A DNA stretch of 64,000 nucleotides, from assembly GCA_013239625.1 (NCBI GenBank), contig MU053873.1, forward strand, positions 262,524 to 326,523, in the 5' to 3' direction. Below the pieces are notes generated by a model that did no database searches, was not told the origin of the DNA, and saw only the letters and a list, made by a program, of their open reading frames with translations. The DNA is from Lama guanicoe. Taxonomy: Eukaryota. Below are positions 53,690-64,000 of this stretch, one piece after another (within the stretch, counting starts at the first letter, position 1; each line of letters begins with the position of its first letter). A program made the translations under genes and the position numbers.

Positions 53690-53943
53690 ATGATTGTCGC
53701 ACTCCTCTTCCTCCTCCTCGCAGTCTAGTCCTTGATGGGCAATCTCTGTAGTGCTGCTCTCCTGGAAGAGATTGTTCTCCAAATCAGACACTCTGGTGGC
53801 CTCGGTTGTGACTTTCACTTTCATGCTATGAAAGCCAGTGGAGACCAATCCCACTTGCAGATTTACAGGCTCCCCCTCGAACAGCAGGAAGTGTGAGTTC
53901 ACCCCTTCTTTAAAACCAGGGGGTTGGTAATCATGTGGGGTCA
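53690..53943 (-). CDS. HORMAD2: HORMAD2 penultimate coding exon (254 nt), (V)[13 protein letters not shown]...[14 protein letters not shown]
   Basis: Lies within ORF 53654..53977. Acceptor cttttcattttgcag|TG, donor CAT|gtaagg. Carries the HORMA motifs TPxDYQPPGF and V(S)[10 protein letters not shown]. Confidence 0.97.
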
Positions 53944-54118
53944 CTGCAAAATGAAAAGGGCAGAAAGCCAACAACACTGAGTTTCAGGAGAACAAGTCAG
54001 GTTAATCTTTCATATGTAATAACATACATCTCTTTCAGATGCTTGCCAAAATCCTCCTATTTATCCAAAATATTACTTCAGCACTTCAGAAGGAATTGCA
54101 CGAGAGGTGTCCACCTAC

Positions 54119-54270
54119 CTGCATTATAGTAGTGGAGTTTCATGGTAAGTATAACATCATTAGGAAGGGGCCCAAGGTTCTGCATCAGTATGTACAATTT
54201 ACGGATCAGTAGAACACTGGCTTTCTTAATGTCATCACTGTTTGTCCCACTTTCGAAGCTTGTACTACTG
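54119..54270 (-). CDS. HORMAD2: HORMAD2 exon (152 nt), (S)[50 protein letters not shown]
   Basis: Lies within ORF 54078..54308. Acceptor gctatag|C, donor GCAG|gtaggt. Carries the HORMA motif [16 protein letters not shown]...LTMKLHYY, and its phases (2 in, 1 out) fit the neighbouring exons. The exact start is ambiguous by 3 or 6 nt. Confidence 0.96.
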
Positions 54271-54942
54271 CTATAGCCACATAGAAAAACAGCAGCCTTT
54301 TCAATCACATATAATATCTATTTCAAAAAGAATAAAACTTTTTACTCTATGATTAAATAAATATAAACTAAACTCAGGACACCCTTGAGACTACTTAAGA
54401 ATGTAAATTAGAGGAATTATTGTATTTTTGCAATGTCTATACAAAGAATTTCTTAAGTAGCGAGTTCCCTTAAGACATTTTTTAATTTTTTTTTTTATTG
54501 AAGGCATTTTAAATGTGACGTGTTATTTTACAAACTTAATTTACAAATAACCGCATACTATAATAGTGGGAACAGTGGGCTTGACATTTAATATTGGCTG
54601 TGCCCCTAACTAGCTGAATGACCCCAGTCAAGTCACTTAGACGCTGTAGGTCAGTTCGTTCATTTGTGAGATCAGCTCATGCACATTTCTACAGCTCTCC
54701 AAGTATAAACTCAATCATCAGCTCTGGGCCTTTGTACCATCTGGTTATCTCTCAGAGGCATCCCCTCTTCACTCTTACATGGATGGTGACAATGACTATC
54801 TATTCTTCCTGCTTTTCTTCTTGTCCACACTCTCCACATCACTGCCAAAATAATATTCCTAAGGGCTGTCTCTGGCCACAAGAGGCTTATGTTTACCTCA
54901 ATCCTATGTACTTCTCATGTTTATTAAATGATTAGATTCTAC

Positions 54943-55010
54943 CTGTCAAAATCCATGGTGGCTCCTTCTTTTGTGTATTTGAATTTGAACTGGTATATCT
55001 CAGTCACTTT
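54943..55010 (-). CDS. HORMAD2: HORMAD2 exon (68 nt), KVTEIYQFKFKYTKEGATMDFD(S)
   Basis: Minus strand reads atatttctag|AAAGTGACTGAG...TTTGACAG|gtagaa. It contains the HORMA-domain E-x-Y-Q-F-K-F-K-Y motif and is not in the ORF track. Confidence 0.96.
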
Positions 55011-55309
55011 CTAGAAATATCAAACGGAATAGAGAAAGACATTATTTAAAGCAAAGACCAGAATCTCATCTGATAATAGGTAAGGAACACTTTTATTTTA
55101 TACCTACTATACTTCCTAGATACCTGTCTGTTTCACAGCATTACATTATTCAGGAGTAGTATTTCCAGATATAAGGACAACAAATTTTCTCCTCCATGCT
55201 AAAAATGAGTTAGATGGCATATCCTATTGTTACCATTTTAAGGCTGGAGAAATTAAAGCACACAGTCAAGTGTCTGACCTGGCTTTGGTAAATAGCAGTG
55301 GAACCAGTT

Positions 55310-55970
55310 AAGAAACCATTTACTCATGAAGCAGATATTTATGGGAAGGTCCACTTTGTGTCGGACACTGGAGTCACAGTTGTGAACATGACCAAAAAGG
55401 TGCCTGATGTTCTGGAGTTTACAGACTTTGGGGAGAAATGGTCAATAAAATGTAAGTAAATAAAATAATTTCAGATAGTAATAAGTGCTATGAAGAACAC
55501 AAAGCAGCTGCTGTGACAGTACAGAAGGAAGGAGGTGCTGATCTGGTTTGGAAAGGCCGAGGAGGGCCTTCCTGAAGAGGTGACATGTGAGCTGAGCCTC
55601 AGTGAAAAGAGGGGGCCAGTCGTGTGCACACCTGGGGAAGGGCCGGGCACTGGGGAAGAAGGAACAACATGCAAAGGCTCTAAAGTAGGAAAGGAAGTGT
55701 CTCCCAGGGTCAGAGAGGAGGCCGCGTGGCTGAGGATGAGTGAGCATGGGGGAGAGTGTAGGAGATGAGGATGTAGAGGAAGTTGTGGGGCCTTATTAAC
55801 TATGGTAAGGGGTTTGGATTTTATTCTAAGTAAACCAGAAGTCCACTGAAGAGTTTTAAGCATGGGAGTGCTTTGCATCTTTTAAGATCACATTGGCTAT
55901 TTTTAAAGTGCAAAGAAGTGGGAACCATTACCTGTAGTAATTTAGGGATGACCAGAATGGCAACAGGAAA
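55310..55970 (-). mobile_element. L2 relic
   Basis: tttcagatagtaataagtgctatgaaga, ggagggccttcctgaagaggtgacatgtgagctgag and tttggattttattctaagt. Confidence 0.85.
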
Positions 55971-56187
55971 ACTTGAAAAATTTGAAAAGCACCCAGGATC
56001 TATGGTATCAGATTTTTTTTTTTGATTCTGCACTAAAAACTAGATACCAATGCTATAAATAGGGACAAAGATAGATATAAATAAGCTAGAAATAAAGAGG
56101 GACAAATTTCCTCATGAGAGGGGCACTCTATTTAAAATAAAATGACTGCCTCGTAGTTGAAGCTAACATTGGACCCAGATGCATATA

Positions 56188-56419
56188 CAGCTGACCCTTG
56201 AACAACACAGGCTTGAACGGGGCAGGCCCACTTGTACACTGATTTTTTTCAATAGCGAACACTACAGTTGTATATGATGCATGGTTGTTGAATCCAAGTA
56301 TGCAGAACCAAGGATACAGAGGAACCGAGTACCTGGAGGCCCTACTCTAAATTATACACAGATTTCCTACTGCACGGGGGTTGCCACCCCTAACCCTTGC
56401 GCTGTTCAAGGGTCAACTA
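56188..56419. mobile_element. MER8-like TcMar-Tigger MITE
   Basis: TIRs cagctgacccttgaacaac / gctgttcaagggtcaacta, preceded by TA. Confidence 0.85.
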
Positions 56420-57289
56420 GAGTCTGTCCACAGAGCTGGAGAAGGTGCTGACACAGGCAAAGGGTATGAGTTTCAGTCAGAACTCAAAAAAATACCCTTC
56501 ATTCATCTGTTTCAGTGTTTGTCCCTTGGCAATGTGGAAATGGGAATGTTGGATTGATCAGAAAAAATCACAACGTTCTTATTACTTTATTCTATGATTT
56601 GATATCCCATTAATCACAGGTGAGCATGTCCTGGGGAAACTAGCTCACGCTGCTTAAATTAACTCTAAGAAGATTGATTTGTAATGGAGTTAATTTTAAG
56701 AGGAAAGTATTTTTTCTAGCAAAACAGTCTCCTTGAGAAATCAAACCAAGCTCGGAAGGCTGCTTTGTGAGTGGGATAGGAGATGTACATGAGGCTAGAG
56801 GTGCCTACAGCGGCAGGCTCACTCCAGACGGATTAGATACACAGCATCCTCTCTTCCCTGATTTGCGGTGTAGATGCCCTGTCAAGTAAACAATGCCTAT
56901 TCTTCCTGCCTGCCCGTGTTTCTCAACCAATACTAGCTTTGTAATGCTCTGAGCTATCTTTTATATTTAAAATTATATCAAGAGTAGATCCTTTAGTGGT
57001 TGATAATTTTATTAACACTTCATTATTTGGCCCCTGATGCAACTAATAAAAGAGTTACATTTATCATTGTTTTGCAGAAGATGCTAATCCTTATAACTTC
57101 AATCTGACTCTGACTGATCAAGGAAGGTATATTTACAGCAGCCACTAATCTCTTCTTAACACCCATAAAACACTATCCTGCTTTTCAGATTAATGTTTTG
57201 CCTAATAAAGATGAGCCTGTAAATTGCTCACCAATCGCTTCTATTAATCATATTGAATGCATCCACCTGGACCAACACAAAAGCAACAG

Positions 57290-58210
57290 GAACAGCTTTC
57301 CCTTCTCCCTCTGCATTCCAGTCTACAGGCTAGACTTTTCAGTCTGTCTCCAAAGTGTATCCCAAATCCGCCTGGTTCTCTTCACCCTATCCAAGCCACC
57401 ACCATCTCTTTCCATCTGATCTGCTTGCCTCCAAATTCCTCCTCCTATAATTCATTCTCTGTTCTACGGCCAAAAATTTTTGAAAATACAAATCAGATCA
57501 TGTGACTCTTTTGCTAGTGGTTTCCCACTGCCCTTAAAATAAAATCCAAAATTTACCTTGGCCCACAAGGTCTTACTCATCTGTCCCCTGCCTACCTCTC
57601 TGAACTTATCTCCTGCCTTTTCCCCTCCCACTCATTCAGCTCCAAGCTCTCTGTCCCTGGACACACAAGATGCCTTCCTGCCTTCCAGCCTTTATACAAC
57701 CGTACTCTGGAATATGCTGCCTTCAGATGACGATAGTGATGATAATATTTGGGCGCGGCTGTCTAACTGCTCTACATCTATTCATTCTGAGCAGGGATTA
57801 CATCATTATAGATGAAGCTAGTAAGCAGAACTGGTATGCGGCTCCATTGTCTGCAGTGCAAACTACTGTGTGGTTCTGCCAGTTGCAAGCTATTGCTTCT
57901 CACAGAGCTGCATGAGGTGACTCTTCTAACCAACCAGTCTCAGCTCAAACGGCGGCCCCTCCAGGAACTGCCCTCCAGGCTTTCTTCCCCTATTCCCTAC
58001 CTCAGTACTCTCCAGCTTATCACCTTTTTTTATTTTCTTCATAGCACTATGATCCATCTGAAACTGTTTTGCTTAATTTTCGTTTATTTATTGTTCATCC
58101 TCCCTCATAAGAACGTTGTTTCCAGACAGAAGGGACCTTGTTTATCCCATTGACTCCTGTGTCTCAGGCACATGAAGGAAACCCAGTTAATATTTGCTGA
58201 ATGAATAAAT
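57290..58210 (+). mobile_element. L2 relic
   Basis: aaatcagatcatgtgactc and aaaataaaatccaaa, with tail taatatttgctgaatgaataaat. Confidence 0.8.
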
Positions 58211-60567
58211 ATTCAGCCAGGATAAGAGTTCATATTCAATTAGGATTTCATCCTACAGGATTTTTTTTAAAACAGAGTCTCTAAAAAGTATATTGTGGCT
58301 AGAAGCAGGGACCATCTATAGTTCAGTTCCTGAAGCAGGCTATTAAAAGTCGTGTTGACCACCTCTAATAGGCACAAAGAAAAACAGAGGGTGAAACAGT
58401 AAGAATTGTGTCATCACAAAATTCAAATACAGTAATTCTTTAAGAGTCTGTCATGCATTAAGCTGTGTAAACATTTTCTTAATATATTTACATTTTGGCT
58501 TACCTACCTTATTAACACCCTCCACCCATTCTGTAGTGTGTGGCTATAGAAAAGCCACATTGTCACTCTTCACTACTTCAGTTACTTTCGTCACTTCATC
58601 TCTCTCTTGAGATGGAGCAATCAGAAGAAAACCTCAAGTGCAGAAGCATCACAACTTTGTGCGATGCCCAAAACTCTGTTGGTCTCTGGACTGGGGAAGC
58701 ACACTTATTTAAGACAGAGGTTCTCAACTGGCAGACCCTTCACAAAAGTGCTGCAAATTTTAATCCACATGTGAAATTTATTTTTGCTTTGAGTACATGT
58801 TAATGTTGTTAATGTGAGTATTGTTTTGCTTAGGGGAGGACATACTTCTACCATTATGAGCCAAGAATCACGGCATCATATCAGCTACATGCCAAAGACA
58901 GTTTATGTGAGAATGTTGTTTTGCAAGTATATAAAAGAACAAAATCAAAGAGGTAAATTGTTCTACCAGTGATTAGCCGCTGAACAGCAACCACAAAGCA
59001 GTGTAACCCTACGGATGCTTTCAGGCACTACGAACATATCCATGTCATAGATATACTGTAATTATTGCTGACATGTTTGGTGTCCTGTTGAGTCTTTTAA
59101 CACCCTTAAACATGCCATCAAATTTTCTAGCAATCATGTGTGTCATGAACACATAGAGATTAGGAATCACTCACTGCTAAAGGAAATAATCTGCAAGAGT
59201 TCAAAAATTTTTTTTCTGGGTCATAAATGATAGCTCAGAATTCATCATATAATAAGCTTTTGTTTCCTAACTTTGTTATCATATATATTGCCTGCATCAA
59301 GGCTCATTTAACAGTTTTCTTCCATTCTGTAATATTTTTTGGTAGATAAGCCCAATTTCCTCAGCATTTCACTATCTCAAAACCACTAGTTTCAGACTAG
59401 GAGTTTTGCATGAATAAAAAAAATGTAATAATTTATTGCACTAAAGAAATGACCAATTTATTAATAATTTATCAGGAGATCTTAGTTTGGAAAACTTCCC
59501 TCACACCTACCAGAAAAAAAAAAGAAAGAAAGAAACTAAACAAGAGACAAAGATTTTTTAAAAAAAGGTAGCTTGGACATTGAGGAATTGTTACCCACCT
59601 GTACAAACCAGTTTTCTTCTGCCTTGCTCAAACAGATATTTATAATATTGCCAAGAAAGAATATTAAAAGCTAAAAAGTGCTTAACTTAGTCTCAAAGGT
59701 CAACAGTTAGGCTAAATCCATAGGCTTAAGGAAGGAAAATTGAAAGCAAGGGAAAACAAAGGGAAGAGGAAAGAAAGCTGGGAGGAAAATAAAGAGGGCA
59801 GAATGAGAAGAAAGCAGGAAGGGCTTCTCCCTCCACTTCTGTGCCACGCCACAGCTGCCACACCACAGCTGTCACACACGGCAGCACAAGAAATTATTAC
59901 ATGTCTGGCACTATGACATTCACTCTGGGAGGCAGAAAACAAGACAAGACTCTTGTCCTCAAGAATTCACAATCTGATTAGGGAGATAAAGTAATCTATA
60001 TGAAATTGTGAGGTCCTGCTGGAAAAAGAATTTAGAGAAGGAAGATATTAGTGTGCACAAAACAGCCAAGGAGGCTTTCATAAATGTTTTGAACATAAGT
60101 TGGCCTCGAGGATGAGGATGAGTAGGAGTCTATAAGCAGAGGGAAGAAATTTAGAGAGAAAAGTAAAGAGGTAAAGTTTGAAAATCTATGAAAAGATCAA
60201 AAGGGGGAGAATTTAGTTAGCCATTAAAAAAAAAAGGTTTAGCATTATGCCAAAAAGGCCACAAACAAAGAATTTGGCATCAGTTAAAATAAAAGTAAAA
60301 TGTGGTTTTCATACAAGCAGAGATTCTTACTGTTAGAGTGTTAGGGAATAGGCTAGTTCTACCCAACGCTTTTTTCCCCAGCATGCCTAGGTAGCTTCAA
60401 AAATCTCATAATAAAGAATTGGTGTTTTTATAATAAAACACACTGAAAGAGCTCACTGTGAGTTACTTTGCTCATATGGTAGTCTAGAGGTATAACCTAT
60501 AGCCTCAACTCTGATAAACATATTTAAATATAACATACATATACTGCTCATCTCTGTGTGTTCTTAC

Positions 60568-60594
60568 CTCAGGTTCCTTGGGATTTGTATAAAG
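60568..60594 (-). CDS. HORMAD2: HORMAD2 internal micro-exon (27 nt, phase 0-0), LYTNPKEPE
   Basis: Minus strand reads tttttccttaaatag|CTTTATACAAATCCCAAGGAACCTGAG|gtaaga. It matches the (L/V)YT(N/D)P segment of HORMAD1/2. Confidence 0.9.
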
Positions 60595-61278
60595 CTATTT
60601 AAGGAAAAATAAACAACATTTAGTTTCTGAAACTTACTAGGTTAGTCTTCACAGAATACATCTGCTATGTGAAGAGTTCAGCTGGTGCTATACTAAGTGA
60701 GTGCTGAGATACATATTTCAATCTAGAGATAGAATAAGCTCTTGTTTTGTGAACGTAGACAGTCTTTCTAGTATTCTGTGAACACTGACTATAAGGAAAT
60801 TGATACCTTTGACTACTGTGACTGAACTACAAACAAATTTTAAAAAATCTGTTATGGTTTAAAAATTTTTAAATAAGTCGTATATCTAAGACTCTCAGTG
60901 GTATCTTATTTTCCTTCTATTCTTGACTACATCTACCATGTTATACCAGAAGTATACAAAACTTCAAAAAAGTCTACAGAACTTCCAAAGTGAAAACTTT
61001 ATATAAAGTAACTCAAATAGTGAAATCCTGATAGCCAGTAGATGAAGCAGAGGGTACATGCTACAGACCTCCCCCTGTATAGTAACATGTCAAAGAAATA
61101 TATAGGTTATGATCTTTTATTAAAACTTCTGATAGAGTCTATTTTTTTTTGAATTCCAAAATGTCATAGGATAGACAATGAAATTCAGGTAGAATGGGGG
61201 AAAATCCTGTTTTAATATTTCACTTTCTAAAAGACAATGTAACAGAGACAGAGGCTTGGTCTTTAAATGTGTACTTAC

Positions 61279-61299
61279 TGTAAGTACTGCCATGTGTAG
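61279..61299 (-). CDS. HORMAD2: HORMAD2 internal micro-exon (21 nt, phase 0-0), LHMAVLT
   Basis: Minus strand reads ttttcttttctcttaaag|CTACACATGGCAGTACTTACA|gtaagt. The peptide matches the LRMAVLT segment I recall from mammalian HORMAD2 and is in frame with the downstream exons. Upstream exons lie beyond the window. Confidence 0.9.
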
Positions 61300-62357
61300 C
61301 TTTAAGAGAAAAGAAAACTATTGTTATTATATACTTGCACCTATATTATTATTATTTTCAATAAAGACTAATTAAAATATAACTTCAAAGAAGTTACAAA
61401 GATTTAGGTAGAAAAAATATTCAGAAGATCAGAGAAACACATATTAATCATTCATTCAAGTGATTGTTTATTGCACACTCAGGGTTCTGCTGGGAAGAAG
61501 GGGATGCAAAAAAAAGATAACTATCCTACTGTCTATAAGTTATGTTCCAATTTAGGAGGCAAGATATACACAAAATAATTCATTATTACTAAAAATTAAA
61601 TATGCCATAAGCATCTCTAAAACATTTTGCCTTTTGAAAGTAATCTACTAAAGCAAAAAATCTGAAATCTGATGTGTCTATAAAATCTTTGTCCTCCCTA
61701 CATATACATTACTATAAATAGATTTTCTGTTTGACAGAATAATAGAATATATACAGAGATAGAGATATAATCAAGCCTATCACAAATTTTTAAAAACTAG
61801 GATACAAATTAGAAAATTTTAGGACCATAATTTCATATCAAAGTATTCACCTATTTCACCCAACGGACTAAAACATTAGTGACACTGTGTGGCCATTTTG
61901 GTTACTGCATACAATTGATTTTAAGGCTACACAGTGAAACTCTAATTTATAGGAATTATTTAATTAATAATTTACTCATTCATTCTTTCAAAAATAGAAA
62001 TGGCCCCTAACCTCAAAGAACATGGCCACCAGCACAGGAGAACAGAAAAGTACACGGAGAAGCACATCCTTACACTTGTGTTAATTGCTACGAAGCAGCA
62101 GCACAGGGCGCCTGAGGACATTAAAGAGAGAGACAATCTAGGCTGGCAGAACGACGGGAGGTGTGTGTCAGGAAAGGCCTCCTTAGAGAGGTAAACATTT
62201 AGGCTGAGACCTGAAGGATACATTGGAATCAGCCAGATAAAGGGTGTAAAGTAAGGAAGAGAATTTTCCAGGCAAAAGGAGCGATATGTACAACAGTAAA
62301 AGGCACTTGGCATGCTCTGGAATCCTTGTGTGGCTTGAACATAGTGAGCAACGGAGA

Positions 62358-62526
62358 CAGTGATGCCTTGGAAAGTACAATCCCCAGAGCAGCGGTCCCA
62401 GCATCACTTGGAATTTGTCTGAAATGCAAATTCTCACACCAGAAATTCTGGGGTGGAGCCTGGCAATGTGTGTTTTAACAAGTCCTCCAGGTGATTCTGA
62501 TGCAAGCTAGTGTTTGAAAACTACTG
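62358..62526 (+). mobile_element. MER5A hAT-Charlie MITE, between an L2 (~61970-62350) and a MIR (~62530-62720)
   Basis: cagcatcacttggaatttgtctgaaatgcaaattctc...ttttaacaagtcctccaggtgattctgatgca. Confidence 0.88.
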
Positions 62527-64000
62527 CTTTAGATTATTAACTCATCTAATTCTCAAACAATCCTAAGAGGTAGATTCTGTTAATATTCCCGTTTTATTGT
62601 AAAGAAACTTACCAAGAAATAGGTTACATGCCCAAGATCACAAGATATTAAGTGGCAGAACTAGGAGTCGCTTCAGACTGCCATTTTCTAAAGCTTGGGC
62701 TCCTAACTGTATTGTGCTGCCCCTCAGTGATGGACGCTCAAGAACTGTTGCTAAAGGAGTGTCAAGGGAGATGGATGAGTGCTGCTCTGTGTACTGGTGG
62801 TGACCTTCTCCTCCTCTCAACCCATCTAGATACTGAGGGCCTTCAATCCCAGAAGTCGTCTTCTCCCACAGATTTCCTCCATGCCCCTCACTGGGTATAA
62901 CCCTACCTTGTCCATACTTCCACTGCACATGATCAGTATCTTGCCTCTGGCATGCAGTGCTTTCTAATGAATGTTATGGTTATTTATATTTGTGATAAAG
63001 GTGATATTTTATGTAAAAATATCAAATAGATATGAAAAAATCAAAATGTAACAGCCCAACATGGCACAGGTACTGACCAATCAGAAAAGATGCCAACTTA
63101 GCCCTGGAACTGGGTTCCTGGATGCTCCCCCTGGGCCAGGTGCCAGCCTTTAGTTGCTAGATTGTGGTATAGTCTGAAGAGATCCCAACAGAGACACTGG
63201 TTGTGGGAGGGGGAGGACTGGTGGGAGTCATTGGGGGTCTCAGAGAAACAACTATTCACCACCTGATATAGAATACTTCAATATTTTAACAACAGGTACA
63301 GTTAGGCCAGTATGCAATAGCTGATCATCAGCCACGCATATGAATGTCATTTATCTTCTGCCATGGTCTATAGCTCTTCGTGAGCACAACCCCGTATCTG
63401 TTTTACTTTTGTATTCCTCAGTCTCCCAGGTCAATGTTTAATAAATCATAAGTAATAACTGTTCAGTGAAAAAGGAAATGTACCAGTGCAACTAAAACCA
63501 GAGCAACCAGGCTTGCTCCACCATAACGGTTCTTAAAGGAATAGGAATTGAGGAGGAGGGAAAAAAGACACAGATAGGGAATGGGGGAGAAAGCAGTGAT
63601 GGAAAACTCATTTATATACATACTGAGTCGTCATCTAGGACTGGAGCCTCTAATTTTTACACCCTTCGTAGCTTGCTTGGGCAGCAAGAAAGATCTAATG
63701 CACTTAAAATTCAAGCTGCATTTTAAAAAAAATTCAAGCTACAATACTAGCTGTTTTGAGGAACCAGATTATATTCATGTGCCAAATATAGCTAGCAAAA
63801 AAAAAAACTGACATAGAATAAAACCAATTATTCGTCCATTTTTTCCTTTCTGCAGTATCTGCAAATTGAATCGCCAGTATTTTGAACATGTTCAATGTGC
63901 TAAATGCCAGATTCTTGTCTGCCCTGTCCCACATCCTGTGGATCTCTTCCAGTGACTTCAGAGGAAATTCTGTGGTCAAAAAGATACAAGTACGTAAAAA

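Noticed and set aside
53654..54308. ORFs 53654..53977 and 54078..54308 as stand-alone genes
   Set aside because: They are HORMAD2 exons extended into intron sequence on both sides.
63040..63335. Possible old hAT element (MER112-like)
   Set aside because: Only the right end resembles a recalled consensus, which is too weak to call.
63734..63979. 81-aa minus-strand ORF as the next upstream HORMAD2 exon; also a plus-strand pyrimidine tract plus CAG near 63855
   Set aside because: The ORF lacks the expected GCFDALEKRY-like sequence, so that exon must lie outside the window. The plus-strand acceptor-like site has no other support.
1..64000. Prokaryote-type novel system (operon, CRISPR array, defence island)
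   Set aside because: The DNA is mammalian, with spliceosomal introns and eutherian repeats. There are no regularly spaced repeat-spacer arrays or dense long ORFs.

Overview
This is eukaryotic (placental mammal) genomic DNA, not microbial. The young L1 3' end at 12.1-12.7 kb resembles camelid L1, and I see no Alu, B1, PRE1, Bov or Can SINEs, so camel/alpaca is a tentative guess. The only protein-coding gene I can support is the 3' part of HORMAD2 (meiotic HORMA-domain protein) on the minus strand. Six GT-AG exons (61299-61279, 60594-60568, 55010-54943, 54270-54119, 53943-53690, 23685-23581) splice into one open frame of 208 aa plus stop, ending ...[18 protein letters not shown]. The last intron is about 30 kb and the 3' UTR about 0.9 kb. 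The ORF track captures only two of these exons; its other ORFs look like chance or repeat-derived frames. Positions 1-22.6 kb are intergenic DNA downstream of HORMAD2 (towards LIF by known mammalian synteny) and hold two dense transcription-factor motif clusters. The rest is mostly L1, HAL1, L2, L3/CR1, MIR, MLT1 and DNA-transposon relics. Repeat family names come from recalled consensus sequences and their edges are approximate. The most unusual element is an 82-bp-arm inverted duplication inside an ancient L3/CR1 relic, about 0.6 kb past the HORMAD2 poly(A) signal. I found no convincing evidence of a new multi-gene system.
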